A stretch of DNA of 62,780 nt, filler included, from Dugesia japonica (lineage: Eukaryota), in NCBI GenBank assembly GCA_001938525.1. It is 6 parts of 6 records of this genome, joined end to end, with 100 filler letters (N's around TTAATTAATTAA, not from the genome) between each part and the next. Parts side by side here need not be neighbours in the genome. Positions count along the whole stretch, not along the records: positions 1 to 10,720 come from MQRL01615140.1; positions 10,821 to 20,005 come from MQRL01521262.1; 4 more parts are not named here. The stretch is one strand, 5' to 3'. The translations under genes and the position numbers were made by a program. Positions 1 through 14,054 of this stretch are shown in pieces; within the stretch, counting starts at the first letter, position 1; the number at the start of each line of letters is the position of its first letter. The notes beneath the pieces were generated by a model. It did no database searches and was not told where the DNA came from. It saw nothing but the letters and a program-made list of their open reading frames with translations.

Positions 1-195
1 TTATTATTATTATTGATTATTATTATCATTATTATTATTAATATTATTTTATTATTATTATTATTATTATTGATTATCATTATTATTATTACAATTATTA
101 TTGTTATTATTAATATTATTATTAGTATTATTATTAATATTATTATTAGTATTATTATTAATATTATTATTAGTATTATTATTAATATTATTATT
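1..195. repeat. degenerate (ATT)n microsatellite
   Basis: Direct reading; explains the spurious Ile/Leu-rich ORF 13..207. Confidence 0.95.
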
Positions 196-387
196 CATTT
201 AAAGTAAAAGCTTCGATCAAAATTTTTGTTTTTTTTTATTGATATTTGATAACAATTCACAAGAATTGTTATCAAATACCAATATAAAAAACAAAAATTT
301 TGATCGAAGCTTTTATTTTAATGAATTCTGTAAAACGATCAATGGTTATGTCCAACAATTATTCTCGCAATAATTGTAATTGTAAAA
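193..387. mobile_element. palindromic Penelope-like (pLTR-derived) repeat, copy A, ribozyme centre deleted
   Basis: Hairpin aaagcttcgatcaaaatttttg...gataacaattc/gaattgttatc...caaaaattttgatcgaagcttt, plus tail aacgatcaatggttatgtccaacaattattctcgcaataattg shared with copies at 12109, 26780, 39741 and 51040. Confidence 0.75.
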
Positions 388-2955
388 TTATTATTATTAT
401 TATTTATTGAACATTTTGAAAGTCATAAAATAATTAAATATTAATTATCATATGCAATGATATATTTTTATTTCTATTATGAAATATTCACAGATTCTTT
501 CCAAAATCAATCTTTATTACAATGAATATTCAATTTTTTTAAGTTTGAATACTCACTAATTTTATTTTTTTTNNNNNNNNNNNNNNNNNNNNNNNNNNNN
601 NNNNNNNNNNNNNNNNNNNNNNNNNNNNNNNNNNNNNNNNNNNTTTGTATAAATTATATTTTTTCCTTGCCATTTGAATTATTTGGATTTTATATTGTTA
701 TCGTAATTTTTAAATGATTTATTCAGCTTGTGTGTGTTTGTGTGTTCAAAATAATGAGACAGAAAAATTGAATGTTTGTATTATGGAATTATGTATAAAT
801 TTGTATTTTATACTTACACTCAGAACCCTGATTAATAGGCAGTTGACAGTTGATCTAATTAACTAATACAAGTTAGCTTTATTATACTGAATCAAACAAA
901 TCAGAAGCAGTGAACATTTAGTAATTATTTACGAAAATACTGAGATTGTCAAGTAAATAATTAAACCGAGTGAATCGATCGAATCTTCAGTCATGGTTGA
1001 TAAATTAGACATTTTATAGTCTTGTGGGATATATCTAGTGAATTACCCCTAGGGAAATTTTTTCTCAATTTTGTTGCTTTTATCTATTGAAATTCCAAAA
1101 TAAAATCCTTACAGTTTTCCTTGATATGCTAGGGTATGATTTGGTATTTATATTGTCTACTTTTGCAATTGTAATGAGATCAATATAATAAATAAGTACG
1201 ATATTAATTAAAAATGCAAATTTGAATTTGTTGGCATTGATTTATTCTTATAATAATAATAATAATAGATTATTACTTTACCGATAATCAATCCCACTAG
1301 CAATTTTACAAACAATTGTAAAGATATTGTAAAATTGGTAATTTTTTACACAACGTTCTTANNNNNNNNNNNNGAAATAATCAACAAAGTTATTTGTATC
1401 CAATGGTTTAATGTTTTCTTTCGTTTAAGTCGACCATGAAAACAGTAAATCGGTTTAACAAGACTAGAAAATAAAGTTAGATAAATTCAAGAATTTTAGG
1501 AAAACTTATTGAAATCAATCAATTATTTAGTTTATTTAGAATAGTTTCAATGCCATTGAAAATTTGGTCGAATAAATATAAATTTAAAATGGTAATTAAT
1601 AAATAGAAATNNNNNNNNNNNNNNNNNNNNNNNNNNNNNNNNNNNNNNNNNNNNNNNNNNNNNNNNNNNNNNNNNNNNNNNNNNNNNNNNNNNNNNNNNN
1701 NNNNNNNNNNNNNNNNNNNNNNNNNNNNNNNNNNNNNNNNNNNNNNNNNNATGGAATACTGAAAGAAATCATTATAAAATCAGTATTAAGAAACTGAAAA
1801 TTATCATATAAAAATTGAGAACTTAAATGATTTATGAAGAAAGAAACATATTAATTAATAGTGTGTTCAAAAAGTTTTCCTAAAATTTGTGGAAAATTTT
1901 AAAATTTTATAAATGTTCGTTATTTATGTTATGAATGTTATAAATAATTATCATCTAAATATTTTGATAGGTTAATAGCAACAATCAATTGATTCTCGAT
2001 CATTACAATTGCCACTCTATTAATGGAATATTTTCATTGTATTCTGTGTATTGATTACATTAAATAAGTGGGTTATATAGGCATTTTCTATTAGTTAATA
2101 TTCATTATAATACCGCATGATTGATTGAATAGCTCAAAGTGGAAAATTACAAGAGAAGTAGATGCATGTCTATAGCATTTTATCTGGTTATGGTTCTGGA
2201 TGATTGTTATTATTTGAATGTCTATATCATTACTTTGATAGATTTGTCAATTATTTTCTTCTAAGTCGAGAAAATAACTCCAATATTTCTTCTTTTCAAC
2301 TTAAATTACTATCAGACTAATTATTTAGGGCTTTCTATTTCCGATTCGATTTTTCTAGACTTTGTTGTGTGTTGACTTTATAAAAGTTAAATAAATTCTT
2401 TTAGTTTTCTCGTAAATAATTGAAATGTGTAATTATTTATGGATTAAAATAGTTTGTGTGCGCGTGCGTATTGGGGATAGAATTGGTGTATGAACTATCT
2501 TAATACCAGTATTCGATTTCATTTTATGATGCTATGATTTAATATTTGTATATTTTAAAATACGCATAGACTTCATTGCACATTTGTTTATCATCAATTC
2601 TGAAAATTTAATTTATTTTATGCGGTCGTTTTAATATTTTCGGAAAACATCAATTTATCATAATAATTTTTCAATATTAATAAAGTATTATTTAGATATT
2701 TTACCAAATAAATAATCGATTGCATTCACTTTTATGCTTTACATTGGATACATCCAACTCTTTTTTTACACGGTAAATACGTTCCCCAGAAAACCATGTA
2801 AAAGAATACATGCTACACATATTAAAATTGGGGATTCGTCCTACAACTGTAAAAAATTACATATTTTTCCAAGAAACCGTGCAAAAAAATGATAATTATA
2901 TGTGTAAGCCCGATCATTTTTATTGCAAAATAAAATTAGTATTGCATTGTAAATT

Positions 2956-3264
2956 CCAGAGCCGTAGCTAGGGTATTTTGATCCCGGGGACAAACGTACT
3001 TATTTGCGCTTCCCCCGTCATTTTTTTCAATTTATGAGACCGTTTAATTTTGTTCAATACTGATCTCTATGCTTTATGTACATAAAGGCTATAATTGTAT
3101 GATCTAATTTGCTTTTACTATTTCTTCTAATTCTGCCTTTAGGGCATCCTATGCCCTTGGAAATGGTAATTTTCTGTCGAGCTCAGCTGTGGTGATAACG
3201 GTTATATTCACACAGCTGTGCTGTTAGTGTAATTCTTAGAAATATCTAATATTACTACCTGAAA
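2956..3264. mobile_element. hAT-like DNA transposon end/remnant
   Basis: cagagccgtagctaggg resembles hAT-type termini; a weak minus-strand peptide (VITTAELDR) resembles the hAT dimerisation motif. Confidence 0.35.
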
Positions 3265-3857
3265 NNNNNNNNNNNNNNNNNNNNNNNNNNNNNNNNNNNN
3301 NNNNNNNNNNNNNNNNNNNNNNNNNNNNNNNNNNNNNNNNNNNNNNNNNNNNNNNNNNNNNNNNNNNNNNNNNNNNNNNNNNNNNNNNNNNNNNNNNNNN
3401 NNNNNNNNNNNNNNNNNNNNNNNNNNNNNNNNNNNNNNNNNNNNNNNNNNNNNNNNNNNNNNNNNNNNNNNNNNNNNNNNNNNTTTTTTTTAATTTTCTA
3501 TGGCAAAGAAAAAACTTTTCTTTCGAAGATTGTTAAAGATTTAAAGAAGACTTAATTAATATTTTAATTAATTTGAATTTAATCCAAAAATTAACATTCA
3601 GAATGATTTGAGTAATAAAATTTATTCAAACTGTTTAGATAATTATGATTGCTAGGATTCCCTTTAGTGGATGGCGTTATCAGTTCTATTTTAGGGGCTC
3701 CGTTTGAATTATAATGTTACAACACTTACAATTTGAAATTCCAAAAAAATTCAATAAAATTGGTAAAAAAAAATAGAAAATAATGCCCCTTAACATATTT
3801 TAAACCAGGGTCTACCAAAGTCTATATTGAGCACCCGAATTTTTGGATGAGTCATAC

Positions 3858-4586
3858 TACTGTGTTCAAAAAGTAATTTGACTTTTTAAATAATACACAA
3901 ACCATTTATTTTATTATCCAAATTATTTTTGTTTCCTTCAAAATAATCCCCCTCATTTCAACACTGACTTAAATCTGGTTCTTCGAAGTGGTTTCTTTAA
4001 TCGATTGAACACAAAAAATCGCATGACGACATATCTGGATTATGTGGTGCTTACGGAGCAGTATTTGTTGAATATTTGTTGAGAAGCTCACAAATGATGA
4101 TTGTATTATGAAAAATGAGTTTTGCTGTTAAACACTTCAAGTCTAAAATATCAGTTAAAATTACCTCTTCCAACGATTTATCATTACTTTGCTTTTAATT
4201 TCTTTGGCATTTTCTTCAGTTATTGATGCTGATTAACGATCAGAACGATGTAATATTTAACAATGTTACCATCTTTGACTCAATAGCTACTATCTCAGAC
4301 TAATTTTTTCGAATCGACGCTGATTCGTTTTTTTACGGATTTAAATAAAATCATGTTGCAAGAATTGCTTGGCAACTCTTGATTATAAATAAACTGCGAA
4401 CTTACGCGTTTCCTATATATATNNNNNNNTGTGTGTGTGTGTAATAATGCATTGAAAATTGCAAAAAAGTAGCGTCAAAATGTCACAACCCATTTGAAAT
4501 TAATATCACTTTTATCGACCTTATAAATTTAGAAAACAATAGCTTCAAGTTGTTATAGTAATTACTGGTTTTTTTGGAATAGTGTA
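3858..4586 (-). mobile_element. internally deleted mariner element
   Basis: Minus strand near 3935-3955 encodes EGDYFEG, a typical mariner transposase C-terminus; imperfect inverted ends tactgtgttcaaaaagtaa / ttttggaatagtgta. Confidence 0.6.
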
Positions 4587-4939
4587 ATGAGTGATCATAT
4601 TGAACAAAGAAAATTTATTTTTGAAAATTGTAATTTATTTGTTCATAATTTAAATGAAGTAATCAATAAACCACTTTTTTGACAAGGTTTTGTAATTTAG
4701 AAAGTTGAGAATATTTGAAATATTGGGGCAAATATAATAAGATTACACTCAAAGGTTATGAGGCTTGTAAGAATTGCTTACTCTANNNNNNNNNNNNNNN
4801 NNNNNNNNNNNNNNNNNNNNNNNNNNNNNNNNNNNNNNNNNNNNNNNNNNNNNNNNNNNNNNNNNNNNNNNNNNAAAATTTTTCAATTTAATTTATATAA
4901 TTTATTATATATTGTATTCTATTAAATTGTGTTTGAAAC

Positions 4940-5490
4940 TTTTAAAATATTATTTTTTAACGCGACATTTTTTCAGCAATTGCGGGGTTATTTTAGAACA
5001 TTCATTTGAAATGAATTCCATTAGTTGATCTTTATTGTAAGGGTTTTGTTTGTATACTTCAATTGTTAAGTAACTCCAAAGAAAAAAAATTTGGCGAAGC
5101 CAAGCCTTGGGATCGTAAATACCATGCAAGAGGACCACTCCGTCCGATCTCGAGTGATGGAAAATTTTCATTAATAAATCTCCGAACATCTACCAACAAA
5201 TGTGGAGGAGCTCCGTCTTGTTGAAACCAAGTCTTCTGTAACAGTTTCTTTCGTTTTAGTAACGGAACTAAAAATTCTTTTAACATATGTAGATAATCTT
5301 CTACTTTAATGATATCTTCTGGGAGAAAGTAAGGCCAAAAAAATTCAATTTCAGATATACCAATCCAGACATTCACTTTAAGTGAAGTGTGAACTTTAAC
5401 TGATTGAGCTGCATGCTTTTAGGTGTATAATATTCGACATTATGACGATTTACGACACCTTTAAGAAAAAACGTTCTCTCGTCAGAAGTA
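4940..5490 (-). pseudogene. Tc1/mariner-superfamily (maT/rosa-like) transposase fragment, frameshifted
   Basis: NVWIGIS, WFQQDGAPPH and IGRSGPLAWYLRSQGLASPNFF/LWSYL match the WPPRSPDLTPLDFFLWGYLK-type DDD transposase; split across ORFs 5059..5376 and 4950..5189. Confidence 0.85.
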
Positions 5491-6216
5491 CGATAGAATT
5501 AACAATAAAACAAAATAATCTATGGCAAATTCCAATAATCTTTTAGTCATTGAAAATGCATTTAAAAATTTCGAAAAATATTTTTTTTATTTATTTTTCT
5601 AAATACAATGTAAAAATTAATAAGCTCAATAGTTATATTTTATAATATGTGTTTATGTGATATTAATCAGTACTGATTTGGATAAATGGAAAATATTAGA
5701 AAATAACTAGCAAACAATTATATTTTATTAAATGAGAACATAAAACATTCCGTGTGTGACATATGCCCAACCCGAGTCCTTGGTATTTTATTTGAGTTTC
5801 TAAAAATAATGACTACCGAGTATAATTTAAACAGTAACACTTATACTTTATATATTACCAATTAAAATAATTAATCTACTGATTTATTAGTCTACTTTGA
5901 AATTGGTTTTAAATTTATGAATTTGTATTATTTATAATGTAATGTAATTGTGTGTTGAAAATGGGTTAAATTAGCCTATTTGGTGATGACTAGAATAAAT
6001 CATCTTATTTAAATTTGTAAAAAACAGTATCATGTAAAATTCACACTTGATAGGATTATGCCAAATTAATAGTGTATTATTGACTTTGTAAAAAGGAAAT
6101 ATTTAATCCAAGTCAATCATTCTAATAATTATTAGATATGCCAATAGCGATAAATTTTATAATTTTGTATTTTATCTCTGAAATCATATATTTATTGAAT
6201 TCACAGTAATTTCAGA

Positions 6217-6480
6217 CATTTATTATTATTANNNNNNNNNNNNNNNNNNNNNNNNNNNNNNNNNNNNNNNNNNNNNNNNNNNNNNNNNNNNNNNNNNNNN
6301 NNNNNNNNNNNNNNNNNNNNNNNNNNNNNNNNNNNNNNNNNNNNNNNNNNNNNNNNNNNNNNNNNNNNNNNNNNNNNNNNNNATTATTATTATAGTATTA
6401 TTATTTTACTATTATTATTATACTATTATTATTATATTATCATTATTATTTTATTATTATTATTATTATTATTGATTAAT
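6217..6480. repeat. (ATT)n microsatellite interrupted by a gap
   Basis: Direct reading. Confidence 0.9.
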
Positions 6481-8761
6481 TGATTGAATGTTTGATAAAA
6501 TTTAATATTCGTCCAGTTTGTAGCCTGTACAGATGGTGCTTGATTATTTACTTTTGACTGGGCATTGTTTAATCTTATCTATATTTATTTATTGAAAAAC
6601 CTTAATAAATGCGCATTTATGGATTTTGACAGATGTGGTGTATTATTCTTTTTGAAATATCACACGCCTTTACCGTTTTTAGTAAATAAATCATAAATCT
6701 TATATAAATTGTTTCTATATCAACAAATTCTTCAGATATTTCAGTTATGATTTATGGTGTATACATAATTGCTGTACAACGATAATCTTATAGATTATCA
6801 ATTCCAAACATCAACAGAGGTAAAAATCCAACTTTAGTTGTTTGGTTGCGGAGTTTTTTTTTGGTTGTTTGGGTTTGTGCATGATGGAATTAATTGTTTA
6901 TGTTAGAAAAATGGTGTTATTCTTTAATTATTGATATTATTATAGAAATTATTATTATTATTAGTTATCAAGGATTTATTAATTATTTCGGAAGCATTAA
7001 GTTATGATTGGAAGAATTCAGTGAAACCCGAAAACCTTTTGAAACATTTATTAATTGCATATTATTTTGTTGAATTTACTACTGACGCGTAAAACGGTAC
7101 TTTTTTCCGCAGATCTAAAATATATTTTGCATTGCTACGTACAAGAATAGTTGCAATATGATAAATTGTTTTGTTTGTTTTAGCCAAGAATATAGTTTTT
7201 ATGTATTAAGTTATTTGTGGACATGTGNNNNNNNNNNNNNNNNNNNNNNNNNNNNNNNNNNNNNNNNNNNNNNNNNNNNNNNNNNNNNNNNNNNNNNNNN
7301 NNNNNNNNNNAATAAATAGCTACATTTTACGGGAAAATATAGCTAAACCTTTCAATATTTTAAAGAAATGAAATAACAGTAATAATGAACAAAATAAAAA
7401 CAAATTGAAAAACATAAAAATTAAATCGGAACGTTGGAAAACTTAGTAATAATTATAATGCAGATATTATTTAGTAAAATTGTGAAATACAAAAGATGAA
7501 TCTCTACAGAGTCTTATTGGCTTTATCATATAACTTGTTAGCGTTCACTTCTTGTTCTGACTGTATTTAACTCTTTTATTTTCTTCTAATAATGAAGAGA
7601 TTTTGTTGTGATTGGCTCTCCTACATTTTGTTGATTTGCCAAAGAGTAATAAAAATTCGAGTTCTAAAATCNNNNNNNNNNNNNNNNNNNNNNNNNNNNN
7701 NNNNNNCAATCAACAAGTATCTAATAAATGAATAACAAGTGTCAAATATCCTCTAATGGTTTTTCTAGGAGTGGTCAGATATGAAACCATCTTATCTACA
7801 TTATCTATCCCAAACATCGATTTACTATAATCACACCTAACATTTATCGTTTCCTTTTCATTTATATTTGTCACAAAAGTCATTTATATTATATTTTTAG
7901 TAATTAAAAATACATATCTTTTGTTTATTTTCAACAATCTCTAGTCAGAAATACATTATGAAGTCACATACGCATACCACATGTACACGTCAATATAACC
8001 TATAAACAACAGTTCAAAACGTAAGACCACGCTTTGCAATTGTAAATGAAACTTTTTTATAAGCCGTTACTCAATATGAATTTAGTTACTATAGAGTTCG
8101 TCGAGAAATGCACTTTTACCAGCGTCCGACATGTGTCATTGATCTGTTTCAATGAACCATGTAGCGAACGTGTTAAGCATTTAATCTCTGAAAATGAATT
8201 ATTTATTAGAAAATATTATCCTATAGTAAAATCGGCAGTATTCGTGTTGACTGAAAATGTTCCAAATCATCATGTAATCAATTATCAAATATTAGGATTA
8301 TGGAATTACTAACTGAATTGTAATTTTCCACTTGTGTGCACTCTGAAAAATCTTTTTTTGCAAATTTTTATTTCTATGAACCAGTTGAATCTTAGATTTA
8401 TATTTCGTAGACAATTTATATTATTAATTATGCTTCATATAGACAGATGTTTTCTGAAATGATTGTGCCATATAATAAATAAATGTCAAACTGTTTTACC
8501 AAAATATGATATCACTCTATATTCAGATTTCATATTAATTTCTATCAGTAATTCAATTGTTATGTTATGTTTTAATTTGCTTTTTTAAAAATATATACCA
8601 TATTTTTATAGACTTTTAATAAATATCTACTTGTGCATCTCCATTTATAATTTCATGTTGATCAATCAAATATCGGTGCTTTTATAGATAATTTGAGAAT
8701 ATATATATTTATATGCACATTGGGTGTAAATTGATAATTGTTTAATTATATATTATTTCAG

Positions 8762-9465
8762 CTGAGAAAATAGCTGGAGAATACACTTTGCAAATTATAG
8801 CATCTGATAAAACACTAATTAATGCTACTGGATATATATTTTGTAAGTTTTTGTTATTTTGTTTTTCTCTTGCTAAAATAACTATCGTAAAATAACTGAA
8901 AATATTGTTTTTCAGCTCCCCCGTTTCTTCAAGAATTTCAAGAATCAAAACGGTCTACCGAAGGTGGGAAAATAGAAGTTGCGTGTACAAGTTTTTCGTA
9001 TCCACTTGACTTAGAAGAACTCACCTGGAGTGAAGTAGTAAAACGTGAAGCAGATAAAAATTATAGACTTTCTAAGTCTAATAACAGTACCAAATTTTCT
9101 GATGTAATTGTATGGGATGTGCTAAATAAACGAGATGCTGGTTATTATAAATGTGAAGCTAGGAATAAATATGGCAACGATTCGGTTATTATGCAATTAC
9201 GAGTCAAAGGTGCGTTACAACTTTATCAAGATTTTTTAATTGATTATTCCCTTTTCTAGACAGACTAGCCCCATTGTGGCCTTTCATCGGGATTGTGATA
9301 GAAGTTATCATTTTACTTGCTGTAATTATATTTTACGAACGCAAAAAATCCAATACCAAAACTGAGGAAATCGAACAAAATCCAACGCGCCAATCTCTAC
9401 TTGCTGACACCAAAAGTTCAGAACTTAACGAAGGGGGACTCCGTCACAGAAATCCAGTTGATTAA
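8762..9465 (+). CDS. bsg: basigin/neuroplastin (CD147/EMMPRIN family) Ig-domain membrane protein; 3' exons 8762-8842, 8916-9209, 9260-9465; upstream exons not identified
   Basis: GT-AG introns 8843-8915 (73 nt) and 9210-9259 (50 nt), all phase 1. Spliced frame is open: EKIAGEYTLQI...SPPFLQ...VACTSFSYP...LTW...DAGYYKCEARNKYGND...[34 protein letters not shown]...LRHRNPVD*. LWPFxGIxxEV with an intramembrane Glu is the basigin-family hallmark. Confidence 0.92.
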
Positions 9466-9691
9466 CTATTTATTATTATTTTCGAATATGGTGTTAGCAA
9501 CAACATTCCGCAAGAGCCACTTCTGCTGCAGTCATTCCTAACCTTTCTTTCTCTATATGTGTGATTGTGTGTTTGTCGCTCAAGCTGGCCGCGTATCAGT
9601 TGATCGGCGATTCTGCATGCTCAAATCTATACTGTGTGTTCATTTGCAATCGGCTGATCTTGTATAAATAGAGATTACATCGCAATGTGCA

Positions 9692-10055
9692 TATTATTAT
9701 TATTATTATTATNNNNNNNNNNNNNNNNNNNNNNNNNNNNNNNNNNNNNNNNNNNNNNNNNNTATTATTATTATTATCATTATTATTATTATCATTATTA
9801 TTATTATCATTATTATTATTATTGATTATTATTATTGATTATTATTATTAGTATTATTATTGATTATTATTATTGGTTATTATTTATTAATATTATTATT
9901 GATTATTATTATTGATTATTATTATTAGTATTATTATTGATTATTATTATTGATTATTATTATTAATATTATTATTATAATTATGATTATTATTATTATT
10001 GATTATTATTATTGGTTATTATTATTATTGATTATTGTTATTATTATTATTAAAT
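9692..10055. repeat. (ATT)n / (ATTG-ATT) microsatellite downstream of the basigin-like stop codon
   Basis: Direct reading. Confidence 0.95.
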
Positions 10056-10720
10056 ATTTATGCTTTACATGTATAAATTATCGATTTTCTTCATTTTTAT
10101 TGAGATAACAATACGTATATATGTTGCTAGCTGTGTTTCTATCTTTATATTTATTGCTACATAATAATCTATTGATCTTTGATTTCTTAGCTCTCCATAA
10201 TTCTAGTAGATCATGTCCAGTAGAATTTTGTTAAGTTTCAATTTACACTATTACTATTACAATTATTATTTTCATAAAATAAATGATATGGAAATCGGTT
10301 TATTTTTTCAAATTTTTTTTATTTATGTAATTTTTTTAGAAAAAGAAAATATGAAGTGTATAATTAAATGTTTTAGAGATTGCTAGCAAAATCGATGGAA
10401 AACAATTTATTTTCAATGAAAACACTACTAATTTCAGACAAAATTTCTTCATTTCATTTTGGCATAAAATTCAGCAAGAACTTTGTGTTCAAGCTTAATA
10501 TTAATAATCTTAACAGTTATCTACTCTGAAATGAACGCTGGTAAAATTAATTTATTCATCTCATTGGTAATATTTTGAATGTAACAAAAATCATGATAAA
10601 CGTTCATGTAAAGTCAACAAGTGCGGTAAAAAATCAAAACTGTAGGATTCAGTATACATACATAAATACTATCACTATCCCAGCATTTTGGGATTGGGAA
10701 ATTACACGGGATCCTGGATT

Positions 10721-10820
10721 NNNNNNNNNNNNNNNNNNNNNNNNNNNNNNNNNNNNNNNNNNNNTTAATTAATTAANNNNNNNNNNNNNNNNNNNNNNNN
10801 NNNNNNNNNNNNNNNNNNNN
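10721..10820. other. artificial scaffold spacer N44-TTAATTAATTAA-N44
   Basis: Same 100-nt spacer at five positions; the 12-mer has stops in all six frames. Confidence 0.93.
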
Positions 10821-11087
10821 GATTATTATAAGCTGAAAAACAACAGTTTATGTGGGAAGACTAACGAGAACTTGATGAAACGATTTAATATTAGATTGTG
10901 TAATAATGAAAAGAGGTTGATCATCTATAGTAGCAAGCCTCAATTCAAGGACACCATTGGAATTGCAGACAATCTAGTCACAGTTTTAATGGATAAGGAT
11001 GTTGTCACATTGGACAGACCATCTTATATCGGTCAAGCAGTCCTTGATTTATCAAAGTTAAGGATTTATAAACTACAGTATGAATAA
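10821..11087 (+). pseudogene. Polinton/Maverick protein-primed DNA polymerase B fragment
   Basis: DYYKLKNNSLCGKTNENLMKR (motif B KxxxNSxxGK) ... TLDRPSYIGQAVLDLSKLRIYKLQY matches the pPolB pattern KPIYVGFxILDLSKxxMYxFHY; truncated before the YTDTDS motif. Confidence 0.85.
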
Positions 11088-11139
11088 TACGACGACGAAT
11101 AATAACTTGAAAATAAATCTATATAAAAATAAATAGGTC

Positions 11140-11288
11140 GTTACCATAGTTACCAATAACCTTGACCTACTTTTCCTTGACCTTGGCCTACTTTCAAAGT
11201 ACATAGCAACGACCTTGACCTACTTTTCCGGTTGCAATGGCAACGACCCCACCCTCCCTCTGTCCTTGACTCCTTCCTTCCCACTACT
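11140..11288. repeat. Polinton terminal inverted repeat (right end)
   Basis: Repeated ccttgacctacttt and catagcaac/atggcaac motifs; ends in ACTACT (reverse complement AGTAGT), the typical Polinton terminus; adjacent to pPolB. Confidence 0.75.
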
Positions 11289-12108
11289 TTATAATCATGT
11301 GTTTTTAGTGAAATTTTTAATTTCTAAATTTTTTTTATATCATTAGTAAATGTTTTTTTATAAGTATCAATAAAAATAATTTTTTTAAAGGAAAAATAAA
11401 AACTTAATATCTTTTTTAAGTTCAAAAATAACATTTAAATAATCATGTTTCTATATATAGTAATGCTCATTAAATGAGAAGAATATGTAATTCTGCAAAA
11501 AATTCAGACATTTAAATAATAAATAATACGTGAAGTTTTACACGCCAATTAAAAATTATTGTTTTTTATTTAGCGATTTTAATTTTTAATAACAAAAATA
11601 ATGTGTAAAATATTTTTATGCTAATTAAAACAATAAAAATAATTTGATAAAAAAAATAATATTTAAGGCTCATCATACTTTCATGGAAAAAATTTTACAA
11701 GTTATGGTATGAAAGTTCATGCCAAAGGGGTGAAAAATCACAGTTTACATTTGTTGATATAAACATTCAAAAAAACTGTAAATAATAAATTTTTCTTATA
11801 ATATTTTTAAAGAAATAATGATATTTGTGATATTATTGCTATGTTAATGTAAAAAAATAATGTTAAATAATAAAATTTCAATATTTATAATATCTTTATT
11901 CGCATCTAAAATATCGAATTGAAAATAATGAAAATAAGTATCTCATATTCATGATAATCATATTAAAATTTAAATAANNNNNNNNNNNNNNNNNNNNNNN
12001 NNNNNNNNNNNNNNNNNNNNNNNNNNNNNNNNNNNNNNNNNNNNNNNNNNNNNNNNNNNNNNNNNNNNNNNNNNNNNNNNNNNNNNNNNNNNNNNNNNNN
12101 NNNNNNNN

Positions 12109-12250
12109 GCGAGAATAATTGTTGGACATAACCATTGATCGTTTTAAAGAATTCATTTAATATAAAAGCTTTGATAAAAATTTTGGTTTTTTTATTGATA
12201 TTAGATAACAATTCGATATTTCGACCTTGTCTTCGTCAGGAAACTAATTG
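12109..12250 (-). mobile_element. Penelope-like repeat copy B with hammerhead core at 12209-12245 (minus)
   Basis: Minus strand reads agtttc-CTGACGA-aGACaagGTC-GAAA-tatc-gaattg; core intact, stem I partly decayed. Confidence 0.7.
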
Positions 12251-14054
12251 AATAATTTACCATCTCACTGTACGATAACTCAGTAGAAAACCCAAAGCTA
12301 TGATTCGCTAAATCTTTAACGGGACATAGAATTCATAAAATTTCTGTAATTCACAATTAGCGAACATTCTAGAAGAATTATTGTTTATTACTATTGCGTA
12401 GAATTCATCAAGAATCTCGTCAGTAATCTAAATTCAAAACTCAACACCTATTAATATCAGACAATCGGAATCCAGTTACACTCACCGGAGGAAATGGAAA
12501 GTCAATTTTATTTCGTTTTCGTTATAGAAACCCATGCAAGATAGTTTCATGCATGTTACAGAGCTTCCTATCCTCCGTTTAAATAGAAAAGAGCCGGGTT
12601 TTAGCATCTAATGATGTTCTCCTTCCCGTCTCTTCACGAATGATGCATGAGAATCAAGTCTGAATAGTTTATTTTGTGTATACATAATATAGTTTTATCA
12701 TAATCAACTATCGGCGATTTTATTTAATCCATACGGTATTTAAAAATTTAATTATTGCTCATTTAATCTTAAACATCATTTTCGACTCATGACCAGAAAT
12801 TGTAATCCGGATACAGTATTTAGTTTCACTATTTAATTTTAATTCTTTGTTGAGATCACATAACACACGACAGCATTACATACATAAATAAATCAAGCCT
12901 CAAAAGAATCAATACAGATCCAGAGTTTCAAAATAACAATCAATCATCAATCAATTTTATTTATTTATATAGGAAAACAACTACATGATATTACTATACT
13001 TATACGTTTTTGCTTAAATATATCAGATATATAATATTGTATCCACATACACACAGGGGTAAAATCAACACCCGTAAAATAACAAACGTATACTATTTGT
13101 TATAGTTATAAAACATGAACCATAAAATCACTTTGTTGAGTTTAAATACACAACATCTTTATATTTAATCATTAATGAATTTTTATTTGAATATGATATT
13201 TACTTTTAATTCTTTGTATTTAACAATTTATGCATTTTTATTCAAATTATGATGATCAAAATATTTAGTTTAATCGCTTCGCGGTTAGCCGTTTATGGAT
13301 CTTAAATTTAGTTGGGAGGTTTAATTTTGCAATTGAATTTTATATTCAGTGAACCATGAGCTTTAACCCTTGATATAATTTTATTTCTCTAAATTTTCAC
13401 TACAATAAGTATGGTCTTAATTGTTTATTTCTCGTTGCGATAGTCAATTCTAAATGACAGATCCAAATATTCAACAATCACCATGGTTCATAATGGTAAG
13501 GATTAAAAATTGAAAGTTTAAAGAAGAAAATGTTATAAAAGATTTAAAGAATTTTTTAAAATATTTAAAAACGTTTAGTATTTTAAAAAATTTGAAGATT
13601 TGAAATTTCGTTTCATAAATAAAAGTTTATTGAATTTAATGAACTTTTCGGAAAGTTTACCTGTAACTAACAATGAGGTTTAGTTTTGCACATTTGTTTA
13701 AATTTTCAGGAGCTCTGATAGTCAGATATAAATTCGATTAAACGTTTTTCACCAAATCAGGCGAGGCAATGACAAATTGACTTTAACCATTCTTAATAAT
13801 CACCGGGTATCCATGATTTTTATGCTAATAGTACGATAGCAAAATAAATTTTGTTATATCAATCCTGAACTGAATTATTCTTGTTAACTTCGTTATACTA
13901 GGAGTGCGATATTAAAATTTTGTTTTTATATAATCAATAATGATTTGGATGATTATTATCAAGATCATAATGTTAGTAATACGAGATTAATATTGGTCTT
14001 ATTATAATCAACGCTGATTTAGATCATGATTTTATAAAGACCGATTTTTTATAT

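Noticed and set aside
13-207. Ile/Leu-rich hydrophobic ORF
   Set aside because: Translation of an (ATT)n microsatellite.
8046-8312. 88-aa ORF as an upstream basigin exon
   Set aside because: No Ig signature and no convincing phase-compatible splice sites.
8742-8948. Minus-strand 68-aa ORF
   Set aside because: Antisense shadow of the basigin-like exons.
12486-12660. Minus-strand exon-like block with good splice sites
   Set aside because: Stops in all three frames and no recognisable product.
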